A stretch of 64,000 nt of DNA from Balanoglossus misakiensis (taxonomy: Eukaryota; Animalia; Hemichordata): NCBI GenBank assembly GCA_040954595.2, contig CM082582.2, positions 496,001 to 560,000 of the forward strand, written 5' to 3'. Position numbers and translations under genes: made by a program. The notes beneath the pieces are model-generated. The model searched no databases. It saw only the letters and a list, made by a program, of their open reading frames with translations, and had not been told where the DNA came from. Positions 1 through 12,909 of the stretch are shown one piece after another. Every line of letters begins with the position of its first letter. Positions within the stretch are counted from its first letter, which is position 1.

Positions 1-240
1 ATTAGCTGATATCTAATAAATGTAGTATTGAACCGTTCTGTCCCCCCCCCCCCTACATTATATGCGGTACGCCGATGTCAGCTTACCCGGCAGTATTGCA
101 GGCCGTGCCCCCAACTAACGTTGGTGTTTGAAACGCCCTGGTTAAATACGGGCTTTCTCTATAAATTGACAGGCAATAATGCAGTCCTACCCGAACAAAT
201 GTCAAGTGTTAAACCGCTGTGACTTTCCCTCTTCGGTTTG

Positions 241-1140
241 CCCGACTTAGCCAACGTCTTTGTACTAGAGTGTCGGGTCTTTTGCAGAGCCAGGCCGAAG
301 GAAATCCGACTTGATCACCGCTGTAACGAACGCTAGTGTCTATCATGGTGTGCCGGGGTTTTAGTCGAGCCAGGCCGTAGGAGATCTGACTTGATCATCG
401 TGGTCAATGTACGCGTGTTTCCGCTCTAAAGTACCGGGGCTTCAGGTAAACCAGGCCGTAGGACATCCGCCGTAATCACCGTTGATAACTTACGCCAGTC
501 TGTGTCATATAGAGCCGGTGCACCAGCCGAGTCACGCCGTAGGAAATCTGACTTGATCAACGTGATCAATGTACGCCTGTTTCTGCTCTAGAATGCCGGG
601 GCTTCAGCTGAGCCAGGCCGTAGGAAACCCGACGTGATTACCGTTGTTAACTTACGCCAGTCTGTGTCCTATATATAGTGCCGGGGCATCAGCCGTGCCA
701 GGCCGAAGGAAATGTGAGTAGATCAACGTGGTCTCTGTACGCGTGTTTCTGCTCTAGAGTGCCTTGGCTTTAGCCAAGCCATGCCGTAGGAAATCTGACT
801 TGATCAACGTTGCTAACGAACGCTAGTGTCTGTCATAGTGTGCCGGGGTTTTAGTCGAGCCAAGCCGTAGGAGATCAGACTTGATAAACGTGGTCTCTGT
901 ACGCGTGTTTCTGCTCTAGAGTGCCGGGGCTTTATCCAAGCCATGCCGTAGAAAATCTGACTTGATCACCGTTGCTAACGTACGCTAGTGTCTGTCATAT
1001 TGTGACGGACATTTAGCGGAGCCAGGCCGTAGAAAAATCGACTTGTTCAACGTTACCAGTGTGCAACTGTTTCTGCTCTAGAGTGTCAGGGTTTTAGCCG
1101 ACTTATGCTGTAGGAAATCTGAGTTGATGAACGGGAATTC
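241..1140 (+). repeat. 81-bp subrepeat domain of the monomer (about 11 diverged copies; example from monomer 1)
   Basis: The motif ccg(t/a)agga(a/g)atc(t/c)gacttgatca recurs near 295, 375, 456, 537, 618, 703, 784, 865, 945, 1026 and 1107. Confidence 0.95.
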
Positions 1141-2060
1141 AATGTTAGAAAACCCGTGTGGAAAGTATCTCTACCCGTTTGAAACTAAGAAAAGAATTTA
1201 TTCTTATTTATTTTGTAAAAAAGACAATTTTTCGAAAACAAGTCGAAAATGGTAATTTTGTCTTGGGTGATTTAAATTATACCGCCTTTTCTGGAATTTG
1301 CAGCACTTTTTACAAGAGAACGACACTTCATGCTCCATAATATTTCCGAAAAAATAAGAAAAGAGTTAATTTTTTATGATTTTTTAAAAATTTACCATTT
1401 TTGTCAAAATATGGCCAAAATGGCTATTTTTTCTTGAATTCCGTCAATATCTCTGCATTTTTGGAGTGGTCGAAAGTCTTAACATACAATCAACATGTCA
1501 TATATGATCAGGGCACCAAATTCGAAGAACAAAGGTTTTTTAATTTTTTTTCCTAAAAATGACATTTTCAAGGAAAATTTGGTAAAACGCAATTTTGTCT
1601 GCAGTGAGCCAAATTAGACGGTCTTTTGTGGAATTTGTATCGATATATACATGCGAAGAGCATTCTATTCTCCATCAGATTTCCGAAAATGTAGAAAACA
1701 GGTATTTTTTGTAATTTTCAAAAATTTACCATTTTGACCAAATTGTGGCTACAATTGTTATTTTCGTGTTGAATGCCGCCAGTGTCACTGCTTTTAAAAG
1801 TCATAAAAACTTTTAACATACAAGCAATTGTTTATATATGATCAGGTCACCGAATTAAAAAAATAAAGAATGTTTTGCCTAAAAATGACCTTTTTGGTGC
1901 AAAAACGAATAAAACGCAATTTTGTATTGAATCAGAATGCATTTTTTATAATCAGCACCATTTTTACATATAATGGAAATTTCATACATCATCAGATATC
2001 CAAATATGAAAAAATGATTTAGATTTTAGATGATTGTCCAAAATTAGTTGATATCTAATA
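1141..2060 (+). repeat. AT-rich domain of the monomer, about 3 diverged ~330-bp subunits (example)
   Basis: aattttgt at about 1254, 1591 and 1918; tttaccatttt at about 1391 and 1725; tatatgatcagg at about 1501 and 1835; ccat(a/c)a(t/g)at(t/a)tcc-like motif three times. Confidence 0.85.
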
Positions 2061-5000
2061 AATGTAGTATTGAACCATTCTGTTCCCCCCCCCCCCCCTA
2101 CATTATATGCGGTACGCCGATGTCAGCTTACCCGGCAGTACTGCAGGCCGTGCCCCCAACTAACGTCGGTGTTTGAAACGCCCTGGTTAATTTCGGGCTT
2201 TCTCTATAAATTGACAGGCAATAATGCAGTCCTACCCGAACAAATGTCAAGTGTTGAACCGCTGTGACTTTCCCTCTTCGGTTTGCCCGACTTAGCCAAC
2301 GTCTTTGTACTAGAGTGTCGGGTCTTTTGCAGAGCCAGGCCGAAGGAAATCCGACTTGATCACCGTTGCTAACGAACGCTAGTGTCTGTCATGGTGTGCC
2401 GGGGTTTTAGTCGAGCCAGGCCGTAGGAGATCTGACTTGATCATCGTGGTCAATGTACGCGTGTTTCCGCTCTAAAGTGCCGGGGCTTCAGCTAAACCAG
2501 GCCGTAGGAAATCCGACGTAATCACTGTTGATAACTTACGCCAGTCTGTGTCATATAGAGCCGGTGCACCAGCCGAGTCACGCCGTAGGAAATCTGACTT
2601 GATCAACGTGGTCAATGTACGCCTGTTTCTGCTCTAGAGTGCCGGGGCTTCAGCTGAGCCAGGCCGTAGGAAACCCGACGTGATTACCGTTGTTAACTTA
2701 CGCCAGTCTGTGTCCTATATATAGTGCCGGGGCATCAGCCGTGCCAGGCCGAAGGAAATGTGAGTAGATCAACGTGGTCTCTGTACGCGTGTTTCTGCTC
2801 TAGAGTGCCAGGACTTTAGCCAAGCCATGCCGTAGGAAATCTGACTTGATCAACGTTGCTAACGAACGCTAGTGTCTGTCAAAGTGTGCCATGGTTTTAG
2901 TCGAGCCAAGCCGTAGGAGATCAGACTTGATCGTCTCTGTACGCGTGTTTCTGCTCTAGAATGCCGGGGCTTTATCCAAGCCATGCCGTAGAAAATCTGA
3001 CTTGATCACCGTTGCTAACGTACGCTAGTGTCTGTCATATTGTGACGGTGATTTAGCAGAGCCAGGCCCTAGAAAAATCGACATGTTCAACGTTACCAGT
3101 GTGCAACTGTTTCTGCTCTAGAGTGTCAGGGTTTTAGCCGACTTATGCTGTAGGAAATCTGAGTTGATGAATGGGAATTCAATGTTAGAAAACCCGTGTG
3201 GAAAGTATCTCTACCCGTTTGAAACTAAGAAAAGAATTTATTCTTATTTATTTTGTAAAAAAGACAATTTTTCGAAAAAAAAGTCGAAAATGGTAATTTT
3301 GTCTTGGGTGATTCAAATTATACCGCCTTTTCTGGAATTTGCTGCACTTCTTACAAGAGAACGACACTTCATGCTCCATAATATTTCGGAAAATGAAGAA
3401 AAGAGTTATTTTTTTATGATTTTTTAAAAATTTACCATTTTTGTCAAAATATGGCCAAAATGGCTATTTTTTCTTGAATTCCGTCAATATATCTGCATTT
3501 TTGGAGTGGTCGAAAGTTTTAACATACAATCAACATGTCATATATGATCAGGGCACCAAATTCGAAGAACAAAGGTTTTTTTATTTTTTTTCTTCTAAAA
3601 ATGACATTTTCAAGGAAAATTTGGTAAAACGCAATTTTGTCTGCAGTGAGCCAAATTAGACGGTGTTTTGTGGAATTTGTATCGATATATACATACGAAG
3701 AGCATTCTATACTCCATCAGATTTCCGAAAATGTAGAAAACAGGTATTTTTTTGTAATTTTCAAAAATTTACCATTTTGACCAAATTGTGGCTAAAATTG
3801 TTATTTTCGTGTTGAATGCCGCCAGTGTCACTGCTTTTAAAAGTCATAAAAACTTTTAACATACAAGCAATTGTTTATATATGATCAGGTCACCGAATTA
3901 AAAAAATAAAGAATGTTTTGCCTAAAAATGACCTTTTTGGTGCAAAAACGAATAAAACGCAATTTTGTATTAAATCAGAATGCATTTTTTATAATCAGCA
4001 CCATTTTTACATGTAATGGAAATACATCATCAGATATCCAAATATGAAAAAATGATTTAGATTTTAGATGATTGTCCAAAATTAGTTGATATCTAATAAA
4101 TGTAGTATTGAACCATTCTGTTCCCCCCCCCCCCCTACATTATATGCGGTACGCCGATGTCAGCTTACCCGGCAGTACTGCAGGCCGTGCCCCCAACTAA
4201 CGTCGGTGTTTGAAACGCCCTGGTTAATTTCGGGCTTTCTCTATAAATTGACAGGCAATAATGCAGTCCTACCCGAACAAATGTCAAGTGTTGAACCGCT
4301 GTGACTTTCCCTCTTCGGTTTGCCCGACTTAGCCAACGTCTTTGTACTAGAGTGTCGGGTCTTTTGCAGAGCCAGGCCGAAGGAAATCCGACTTGATCAC
4401 CGTTGCTAACGAACGCTAGTGTCTGTCATGGTGTGCCGGGGTTTTAGTCGAGCCAGGCCGTAGGAGATCTGACTTGATCATCGTGGTCAATGTACGCGTG
4501 TTTCCGCTCTAAAGTGCCGGGGCTTCAGCTAAACCAGGCCGTAGGAAATCCGACGTAATCACTGTTGATAACTTACGCCAGTCTGTGTCATATAGAGCCG
4601 GTGCACCAGCCGAGTCACGCCGTAGGAAATCTGACTTGATCAACGTGGTCAATGTACGCCTGTTTCTGCTCTAGAGTGCCGGGGCTTCAGCTGAGCCAGG
4701 CCGTAGGAAACCCGACGTGATTACCGTTGTTAACTTACGCCAGTCTGTGTCCTATATATAGTGCCGGGGCATCAGCCGTGCCAGGCCGAAGGAAATGTGA
4801 GTAGATCAACGTGGTCTCTGTACGCGTGTTTCTGCTCTAGAGTGCCAGGACTTTAGCCAAGCCATGCCGTAGGAAATCTGACTTGATCAACGTTGCTAAC
4901 GAACGCTAGTGTCTGTCAAAGTGTGCCATGGTTTTAGTCGAGCCAAGCCGTAGGAGATCAGACTTGATCGTCTCTGTACGCGTGTTTCTGCTCTAGAGTG

Positions 5001-8000
5001 CCGGGGCTTTATCCAAGCCATGCCGTAGAAAATCTGACTTGATCACCGTTGCTAACGTACGCTAGTGTCTGTCATATTGTGACGGTGATTTAGCAGAGCC
5101 AGGCCCTAGAAAAATCGACATGTTCAACGTTACCAGTGTGCAACTGTTTCTGCTCTAGAGTGTCAGGGTTTTAGCCGACTTATGCTGTAGGAAATCTGAG
5201 TTGATGAATGGGAATTCAATGTTAGAAAACCCGTGTGGAAAGTATCTCTACCCGTTTGAAACTAAGAAAAGAATTTATTCTTATTTATTTTGTAAAAAAG
5301 ACAATTTTTCGAAAAAAAAGTCGAAAATGGTAATTTTGTCTTGGGTGATTCAAATTATACCGCCTTTTCTGGAATTTGCTGCACTTCTTACAAGAGAACG
5401 ACACTTCATGCTCCATAATATTTCGGAAAATGAAGAAAAGAGTTATTTTTTTATGATTTTTTAAAAATTTACCATTTTTGTCAAAATATGGCCAAAATGG
5501 CTATTTTTTCTTGAATTCCGTCAATATATCTGCATTTTTGGAGTGGTCGAAAGTTTTAACATACAATCAACATGTCATATATGATCAGGGCACCAAATTC
5601 GAAGAACAAAGGTTTTTTTATTTTTTTTCTTCTAAAAATGACATTTTCAAGGAAAATTTGGTAAAACGCAATTTTGTCTGCAGTGAGCCAAATTAGACGG
5701 TGTTTTGTGGAATTTGTATCGATATATACATACGAAGAGCATTCTATACTCCATCAGATTTCCGAAAATGTAGAAAACAGGTATTTTTTTGTAATTTTCA
5801 AAAATTTACCATTTTGACCAAATTGTGGCTAAAATTGTTATTTTCGTGTTGAATGCCGCCAGTGTCACTGCTTTTAAAAGTCATAAAAACTTTTAACATA
5901 CAAGCAATTGTTTATATATGATCAGGTCACCGAATTAAAAAAATAAAGAATGTTTTGCCTAAAAATGACCTTTTTGGTGCAAAAACGAATAAAACGCAAT
6001 TTTGTATTAAATCAGAATGCATTTTTTATAATCAGCACCATTTTTACATGTAATGGAAATACATCATCAGATATCCAAATATGAAAAAATGATTTAGATT
6101 TTAGATGATTGTCCAAAATTAGTTGATATCTAATAAATGTAGTATTGAACCATTCTGTTCTCCCCCCTACATTATATGCGGTACGCCGATGTCAGCTTAC
6201 CCGGCAGTACTGCAGGCCGTGCCCCCAACTAACGTCGGTGTTTGAAACGCCCTGGTTAATTTCGGGCTTTCTCTATAAATTGACAGGCAATAATGCAGTC
6301 CTACCCGAACAAATGTCAAGTGTTGAACCGCTGTGACTTTCCCTCTTCGGTTTGCCCGACTTAGCCAACGTCTTTGTACTAGAGTGTCGGGTCTTTTGCA
6401 GAGCCAGGCCGAAGGAAATCCGACTTGATCACCGTTGCTAACGAACGCTAGTGTCTGTCATAGTGTGCCGGGGTTTTAGTCGAGCCAGGCCGTAGGAGAT
6501 CTGACTTGATCATCGTGGTCAATGTACGCGTGTTTCCGCTCTAAAGTACCGGGGCTTCAGGTAAACCAGGCCGTAGGAAATCCGACGTAATCACCGTTGA
6601 TAACTTACGCCAGTCTGTGTCATATAGAGCCGGTGCACCAGCCGAGTCACGCCGTAGGAAATCTGACTTGATCAACGTGGTCAATGTACGCCTGTTTCTG
6701 CTCTAGAGTGCCGGGGCTTCAGCTGAGCCAGGCCGTAGGAAACCCGACGTGATTACCGTTGTTAACTTACGCCAGTCTGTGTCATATATATAGTGCCGGG
6801 GCATCAGCCGTGCCAGGCCGAAGGAAATGTGAGTAGATCAACGTTGTCTCTGTACGCGTGTTTCTGCTCTAGAGTGCCAGGGCTTTAGCCAAGCCATGCC
6901 GTAGGAAATCTGACTTGATCAACGTTGCTAACGAACGCTAGTGTCTGTCATAGTGTGCCGGGGTTTTAGTCGAGCCAAGCCGTAGGAGATCAGACTTGAT
7001 CAACGTGGTCTCTGTACGCGTGTTTCTGCTCTAGAGTGCCGGGGCTTTATCCAAGCCATGCCGTAGAAAATCTGACTTGATCACCGTTGCTAACGTACGC
7101 TAGTGTCTGTCATATTGTGACGGAGATTTAGCCGAGCCAGGCCATAGAAAAATCGACTTGTTCAACGTTACCAGTGTGCAACTGTTTCTGCTCTAGAGTG
7201 TCAGGGTTTTAGCCGACTTATGCTGTAGGAAATCTGAGTTGATGAACGGGAATTCAATGTTAGAAAACCCTTGTGGAAAGTATCTCTACCCGTTTGAAAC
7301 TAAGAAAAGAATTTATTCTTATTTATTTTGTAAAAAAGACAATTTTTCGAAAAAAAGTCGAAAATGGTAATTTTGTCTTGGGTGATTCAAATTATACCGC
7401 CTTTTCTGGAATTTGCTGAACTTCTTACAAGAGAACGACACTTCATGCTCCATAATATTTCGGAAAATGAAGAAAAGAGTTATTTTTTTTATGATTTTTT
7501 AAAAATTTACCATTTTAGTCAAAATATGGCCAAAATGGCTATTTTTTCTTGAATTCCGTCAATATATCTGCATTTTTGGAGTGGTCGAAAGTTTTAACAT
7601 ACAATCAACATGTCATATATGATCAGGGCACCAAATTCGAAGAACAAAGGTTTTTTTATTTTTTTTTCTTCTAAAAATGACATTTTCAAGGAAAATTTGG
7701 TAAAACGCATTTTGTCTGCAGTGAGCCAAATTAGACGGTCTTTTGTGGAATTTGTATCGATATATACATACGAAGAGCATTCTATACTCCATCAGATTTC
7801 CGAAAATGTAGAAAACAGGTATTTTTTTGTAATTTTCAAAAATTTACCATTTTGACCAAATTGTGGCTAAAATTGTTATTTTCGTGTTGAATGCCGCCAG
7901 TGTCACTGCTTTTAAAAGTCATAAAAACTTTTAACATACAAGCAATTGTTTATATATGATCAGGTCACCGAATTAAAAAAATAAAGAATGTTTTGCCTAA

Positions 8001-11000
8001 AAGTGACCTTTTTGGTGTAAAAACGAATAAAACGCAATTTTGTATTAAATCAGAATGCATTTTTTATAATCAGCACCATTTTTACATGTAATGGAAATTT
8101 CATACATCATCAGATATCCAAATATGAAAAAATGATTTAGATTTTAGATGATTGTCCAAAATTAGCTGATATCTAATAAATGTAGTATTGAACCGTTCTG
8201 TCCCCCCCCTACATTATATGCGGTACGCCGATGTCAGCTTACCCGGCAGTACTGCAGGCCGTGCCCCCAACTAACGTCGGTGTTTGAAACGCCCTGGTTA
8301 AATTCGGGCTTTCTCTATAAATTGACAGGCAATAATGCAGTCCTACCGGAACAAATGTCAAGTGTAGAACCGCTGTGACTTTCCCTGTTCGGTTTGCCCG
8401 ACTTAGCCAACGTCTTTGTACTAGAGTGTCGGGTCTTTTGCAGAGCCAGGCCGAAGGAAATCCGACTTGATCACCGTTGTTAACTTACGCCAGTCTGTGT
8501 CCTATATATAGTGCCGGGGCATCAGCCGTGCCAGGCCGAAGGAAATGTGAGTAGATCAACGTGGTCTCTGTACGCGTGTTTCTGCTCTAGAGTGCCAGGG
8601 CTTTAGCCAAGCCATGCCGTAGGAAATCTGACTTGATCAACGTTGCTAACGAACGCTAGTGTCTGTCATAGTGTGCCAGGGTTTTAGTCGAGCCAAGCCG
8701 TAGGAGATCAGACTTGATTAACGTGGTCTCTGTACGCGTGTTTCTGCTCTAGAGTGCCGGGGCTTTATCCAAGCCATGCCGTAGAAAATCTGACTTGATC
8801 ACCGTTGCTAACGTACGCTAGTGTCTGTCATATTGTGACGGAGATTTAGCAGAGCCAGGCCGTAGAAAAATCGACATGTTCAACGTTACCAGTGTGCAAC
8901 TGTTTCTGCTCTAGAGTGTCAGGGTTTTAGCCGACTTATGCTGTAGGAAATCTGAGTTGATGAATGGGAATTCAATGTTAGAAAACCCGTGTGGAAAGTA
9001 TCTCTACCCGTTTGAAACTAAGAAAAGAATTTATTCTTATTTATTTTGTAAAAAAGACAATTTTTCGAAAAAAAGTCGAAAATGGTAATTTTGTCTTGGG
9101 TGATTCAAATTATACCGCCTTTTCTGGAATTTGCAGCACTTTTTACAAGAGAACGACACTTCATGCTCCATTATATTTCCGAAAATGAAGAAAAGAGTTA
9201 ATTTTTTATGATATTTTAAAAATTTACCATTTTTGTCAAAATATGGCCAAAATGGCTATTTTTTCTTGAATTCCGTCAATATCTCTGCATTTTTGGAGTG
9301 GTCTAAAGTTTTAACATATAATCAACATGTCATATATGATCAGGGCACCAAATTCGAAGAACAAAGGTTTTTTTATTTTTTTTTCTAAAAATGACATTTT
9401 CAAGGAAAATTTGGTAAAACGCAATTTTGTCTGCAGTGAGCCAAATTGGCCGTTTTTTGTGGAATTTGTATCGATATATATATACGAAGAGCATTCTATA
9501 CTCCATCAGATTTCCGAAAATGTAGAAAACAGGTATTTTTGTAATTTTCAAAAATTTACCATTTTGACCAAATTGTGGCTAAAATTGTTATTTTCGTGTT
9601 GAATGCCGCCAGTGTCACTGCTTTTAAAAGTCATAAAAACTTATAACATACAAGCAATTGTTTATATATGATCAGGTCACCGAATTAAAAAAATAAAGAA
9701 TGTTTTGCCTAAAAATGACCTTTTTGGTGCAAAAACGAATAAAACGCAATTTTGTATTAAATCAGAATGCATTTTTTATAATCAGCACCATTTTTACATG
9801 TAATGGAAATTTAATACATCATCAGATATCCAAATATGAAAAAAATTATTTAGATTTTAGATGATTGTCCAAAATTAGCTGATATCTAATAAATGTAGTA
9901 TTGAACCGTTCTGTTCCCCCCCCCCCTACATTATATGCGGTACGCCGATGTCAGCTTACCCGGCAGTACTGCAGGCCGTGCCCCCAACTAACGTAGGTGT
10001 TTGAAACGCTCTGGTTAAATTCGGGCTTTTTCTATAAATTGACAGGCAATAATGCAGTCCTACCGGAACAAATGTCGACTGTTGACCCGCTGTGACTTTC
10101 CCTCTTCAGTTTGCCCGACTTAGCCAACGTCTTTGTACTAGAGTGTCGGGTCTTTTGCAGAGCCAGGCCGTAGGAGATCTGACTTGATCATCGTGGTCAA
10201 TGTACGCGTGTTTCCGCTCTAAAGTGCCGGGGCTTCAGCTAAACCAGGCCGTAGGAAATCCGACGTAATCACTGTTGATAACTTACGCCAGTCTGTGTCA
10301 TATAGAGCCGGTGCACCAGCCGAGTCACGCCGTAGGAAATCTGACTTGATCAACGTGGTCAATGTACGCCTGTTTCTGCTCTAGAGTGCCGGGGCTTCAG
10401 CTGAGCCAGGCCGTAGGAAACCCGACGTGATTACCGTTGTTAACTTACGCCAGTCTGTGTCCTATATATAGTGCCGGGGCATCAGCCGTGCCAGGCCGAA
10501 GGAAATGTGAGTAGATCAACGTGGTCTCTGTACGCGTGTTTCTGCTCTAGAGTGCCAGGACTTTAGCCAAGCCATGCCGTAGGAAATCTGACTTGATCAA
10601 CGTTGCTAACGAACGCTAGTGTCTGTCATAGTGTGCCGGGGTTTTAGTCGAGCCAAGCCGTAGGAGTTCAGACTTGATCAACGTGGTCTCTGTACGCGTG
10701 TTTCTGCTCTAGAGTGCCGGGGCTTTATCCAAGCCATGCCGTAGAAAATCTGACTTGATCACCGTTGCTAACGTACGCTAGTGTCTGTCATATTTTGACG
10801 GAGATTTAGCCGAGCTAGGCCGTAGAAAAATCGACTTGTTCAACGTTACCAGTGTGCAACTGTTTCTGCTCTAGAGTGTCAGGGTTTTAGCCGACTTATG
10901 CTGTAGGAAATCTGAGTTGATGAACGGGAATTCAATGTTAGAAAACCCGTGTGGAAAGTATCTCTACCCGTTTGAAACTAAGAAAAGAATTTATTCTTAT

Positions 11001-12909
11001 TTATTTTGTAAAAAAGACAATTTTTCGGAAAATGTCGAAAATGGTAATTTTGACTTGGGTGATTCAAATTATACCGCCTTTTCTGGAATTTGCAGCACTT
11101 TTTACAAGAGAACGACACTTCATGCTCCATAATATTTCCGAAAATGAAGAAAAGAGTTAATTTTTTAAGATTTTTTTAAAATTTACCATTTTTGTCAACA
11201 TATGGCCAAAATGGCTATTTTTTCTTGAATTCCGTCAATATCTCTGCATTTTTGGAGTGGTCAAAAGTTTTAACATACAATCAACATGTCATATATGATC
11301 AGGGCACCAAATTCGAAGAACAAAGGTTTTTTTATTTTTTTTCTAAAAATGACATTTTCAAGGAAAATTTGGTAAAACGCAATTTTGTCTGCAGTGAGCC
11401 AAATTAGACGGTCTTTTGTGGAATTTGTATCGATATATACATACGAAGAGCATTCTATACTCCATCAGATTTCCGAAAATGTAGAAAACAGGTATTTTTG
11501 TAATTTTCAAAAATTTACCATTTTGACCAAATTGTGGCTAAAATTGTTATTTTCGTGTTGAATGCCGCCAGTGTCACTGCTTTTAAAAGTCAGAAAAACT
11601 TTTAACATACAAGCAATTGTTTATATATGATCAGGTCACCGAATTAAAAAAATAAAGAATGTTTTGCCTAAAAATGACCTTTTTGGTGCAAAAACGAATA
11701 AAACGCAACTTTGTATTAAATCAGCTCATTCAGAGTGCATTTTTATAATCAGCACCATTTTTACATATAATGGAAATTTCATACATCATCAGATATCCAA
11801 ATATGAAAAAATGAATTAGAAATATTTAAGATGATTGTCCAAAATTAGCTGATATCTGAAAAATGTAGTATTGAACCGTTCTGTTCCCCCCCCCCCCCCC
11901 CCTACATAACATGCGGTACGCCGATGTCAGTTTACCCGGCAGTACTGCAGGCCGTGCCCCCAACTAACGTTGGTGTTTGAAACGCCCTGGTTAAATTCGA
12001 GCTTTCTCTACAAATTGACAGGCAATAATGCAGTCCTACCCGAACAAATGTCGAGTGTTGACCCGCTGTGACTTTCCCTCTTCGGTTTGCCCGACTTAGC
12101 CAACGTCTTTGTACTAGAGTGTCAGGTCTTTTGCAGAGCCAGGCCGAAGGAAATCCGACTTGATCACCGTTGCTAACGAACGCTAGTGTCTGTCATGGTG
12201 TGCCGGGGTTTTAGTCGAGCCAGGCCGTAGGAGATCTGACTTGATCATCGTGGTCAATGTACGCGTGTTTCCGCTCTAAAGTGCCGGGGCTTCAGCTAAA
12301 CCAGGCCGTAGGAAATCCGACGTAATCACCGTTGATAACTTACGCCAGTCTGTGTCATATAGAGCCGGTGCACCAGCCGAGTCACGCCGTAGGAAATCTG
12401 ACTTGATCAACGTGGTCAATGTACGCCTGTTTCTGCTCTAGAGTGCCGGGGCTTCAGCTGAGCCAGGCCGTAGGAAACCCGACGTGATTACCGTTGTTAA
12501 CTTACGCCAGTCTGTGTCCTATATATAGTGCCGGGGCATCAGCCGTGCCAGGCCGAAGGAAATGTGAGTAGATCAACGTGGTCTCTGTACGCGTGTTTCT
12601 GCTCTACAGTGCCAGGGCTTTAGCCAAGCCATGCCGTAGGAAATCTGACTTGATCAACGTTGCTAACGAACGCTAGTGTCTGTCATAGTGTGCCGGGGTT
12701 TCAGTCGAGCCAAACCGTAGGAGATCAGACTTGATCAACCTGGTCTCTGTACGCGTGTTTCTGCTCTAGAGTGCCGGGGCTTTATCCAAGCCATGCCGTA
12801 GAAAATCTGACTTGATCACCGTTGCTAACGTACGCTAGTGTCTGTCATATTGTGACGGAGATTTAGCCGAGCCAGGCCCTAGAAAAATCGACTTGTTCAA
12901 CGTTACCAG

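Larger units (their letters stand above)
1..12909 (+). repeat. ~2.04 kb macrosatellite, block 1 (about 6.5 monomers; this orientation defined as +)
   Basis: The marker attag(c/t)tgatatct..aaatgtagtattgaacc..poly-C recurs near 1, 2043, 4081, 6119, 8161, 9874 and 11844; the same spurious ORFs recur at that period. Confidence 0.98.

Noticed and set aside
225-270. Helitron 3' end (hairpin plus CTAG)
   Set aside because: The stem is only about 4 bp, spacing is long, CTAG is part of the 81-mer consensus, and no defined 5' TC end is visible.
241-1140. 81-mers as a CRISPR array or a 27-aa repeat protein
   Set aside because: The whole unit is homologous (no unique spacers), there are no cas genes, and the subunits I translated have stops in all six frames.
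1980-1995. Hammerhead core CTGATGA-tgtat-GAAA on the minus strand (and ctgatgt..gaaac in the linker)
   Set aside because: Stems II and III cannot form, the paralogous AT subunit reads ctgatggag, and monomers 2-3 delete part of it.
28-11407. Recurring 60-90 aa ORFs (MESISTRL.., MSKYGQNG.., MNRSVPPP.., also MFCLKMTF.. later)
   Set aside because: They are satellite translations: mostly non-ATG starts, frames broken by homopolymer indels between copies, no domain motifs.
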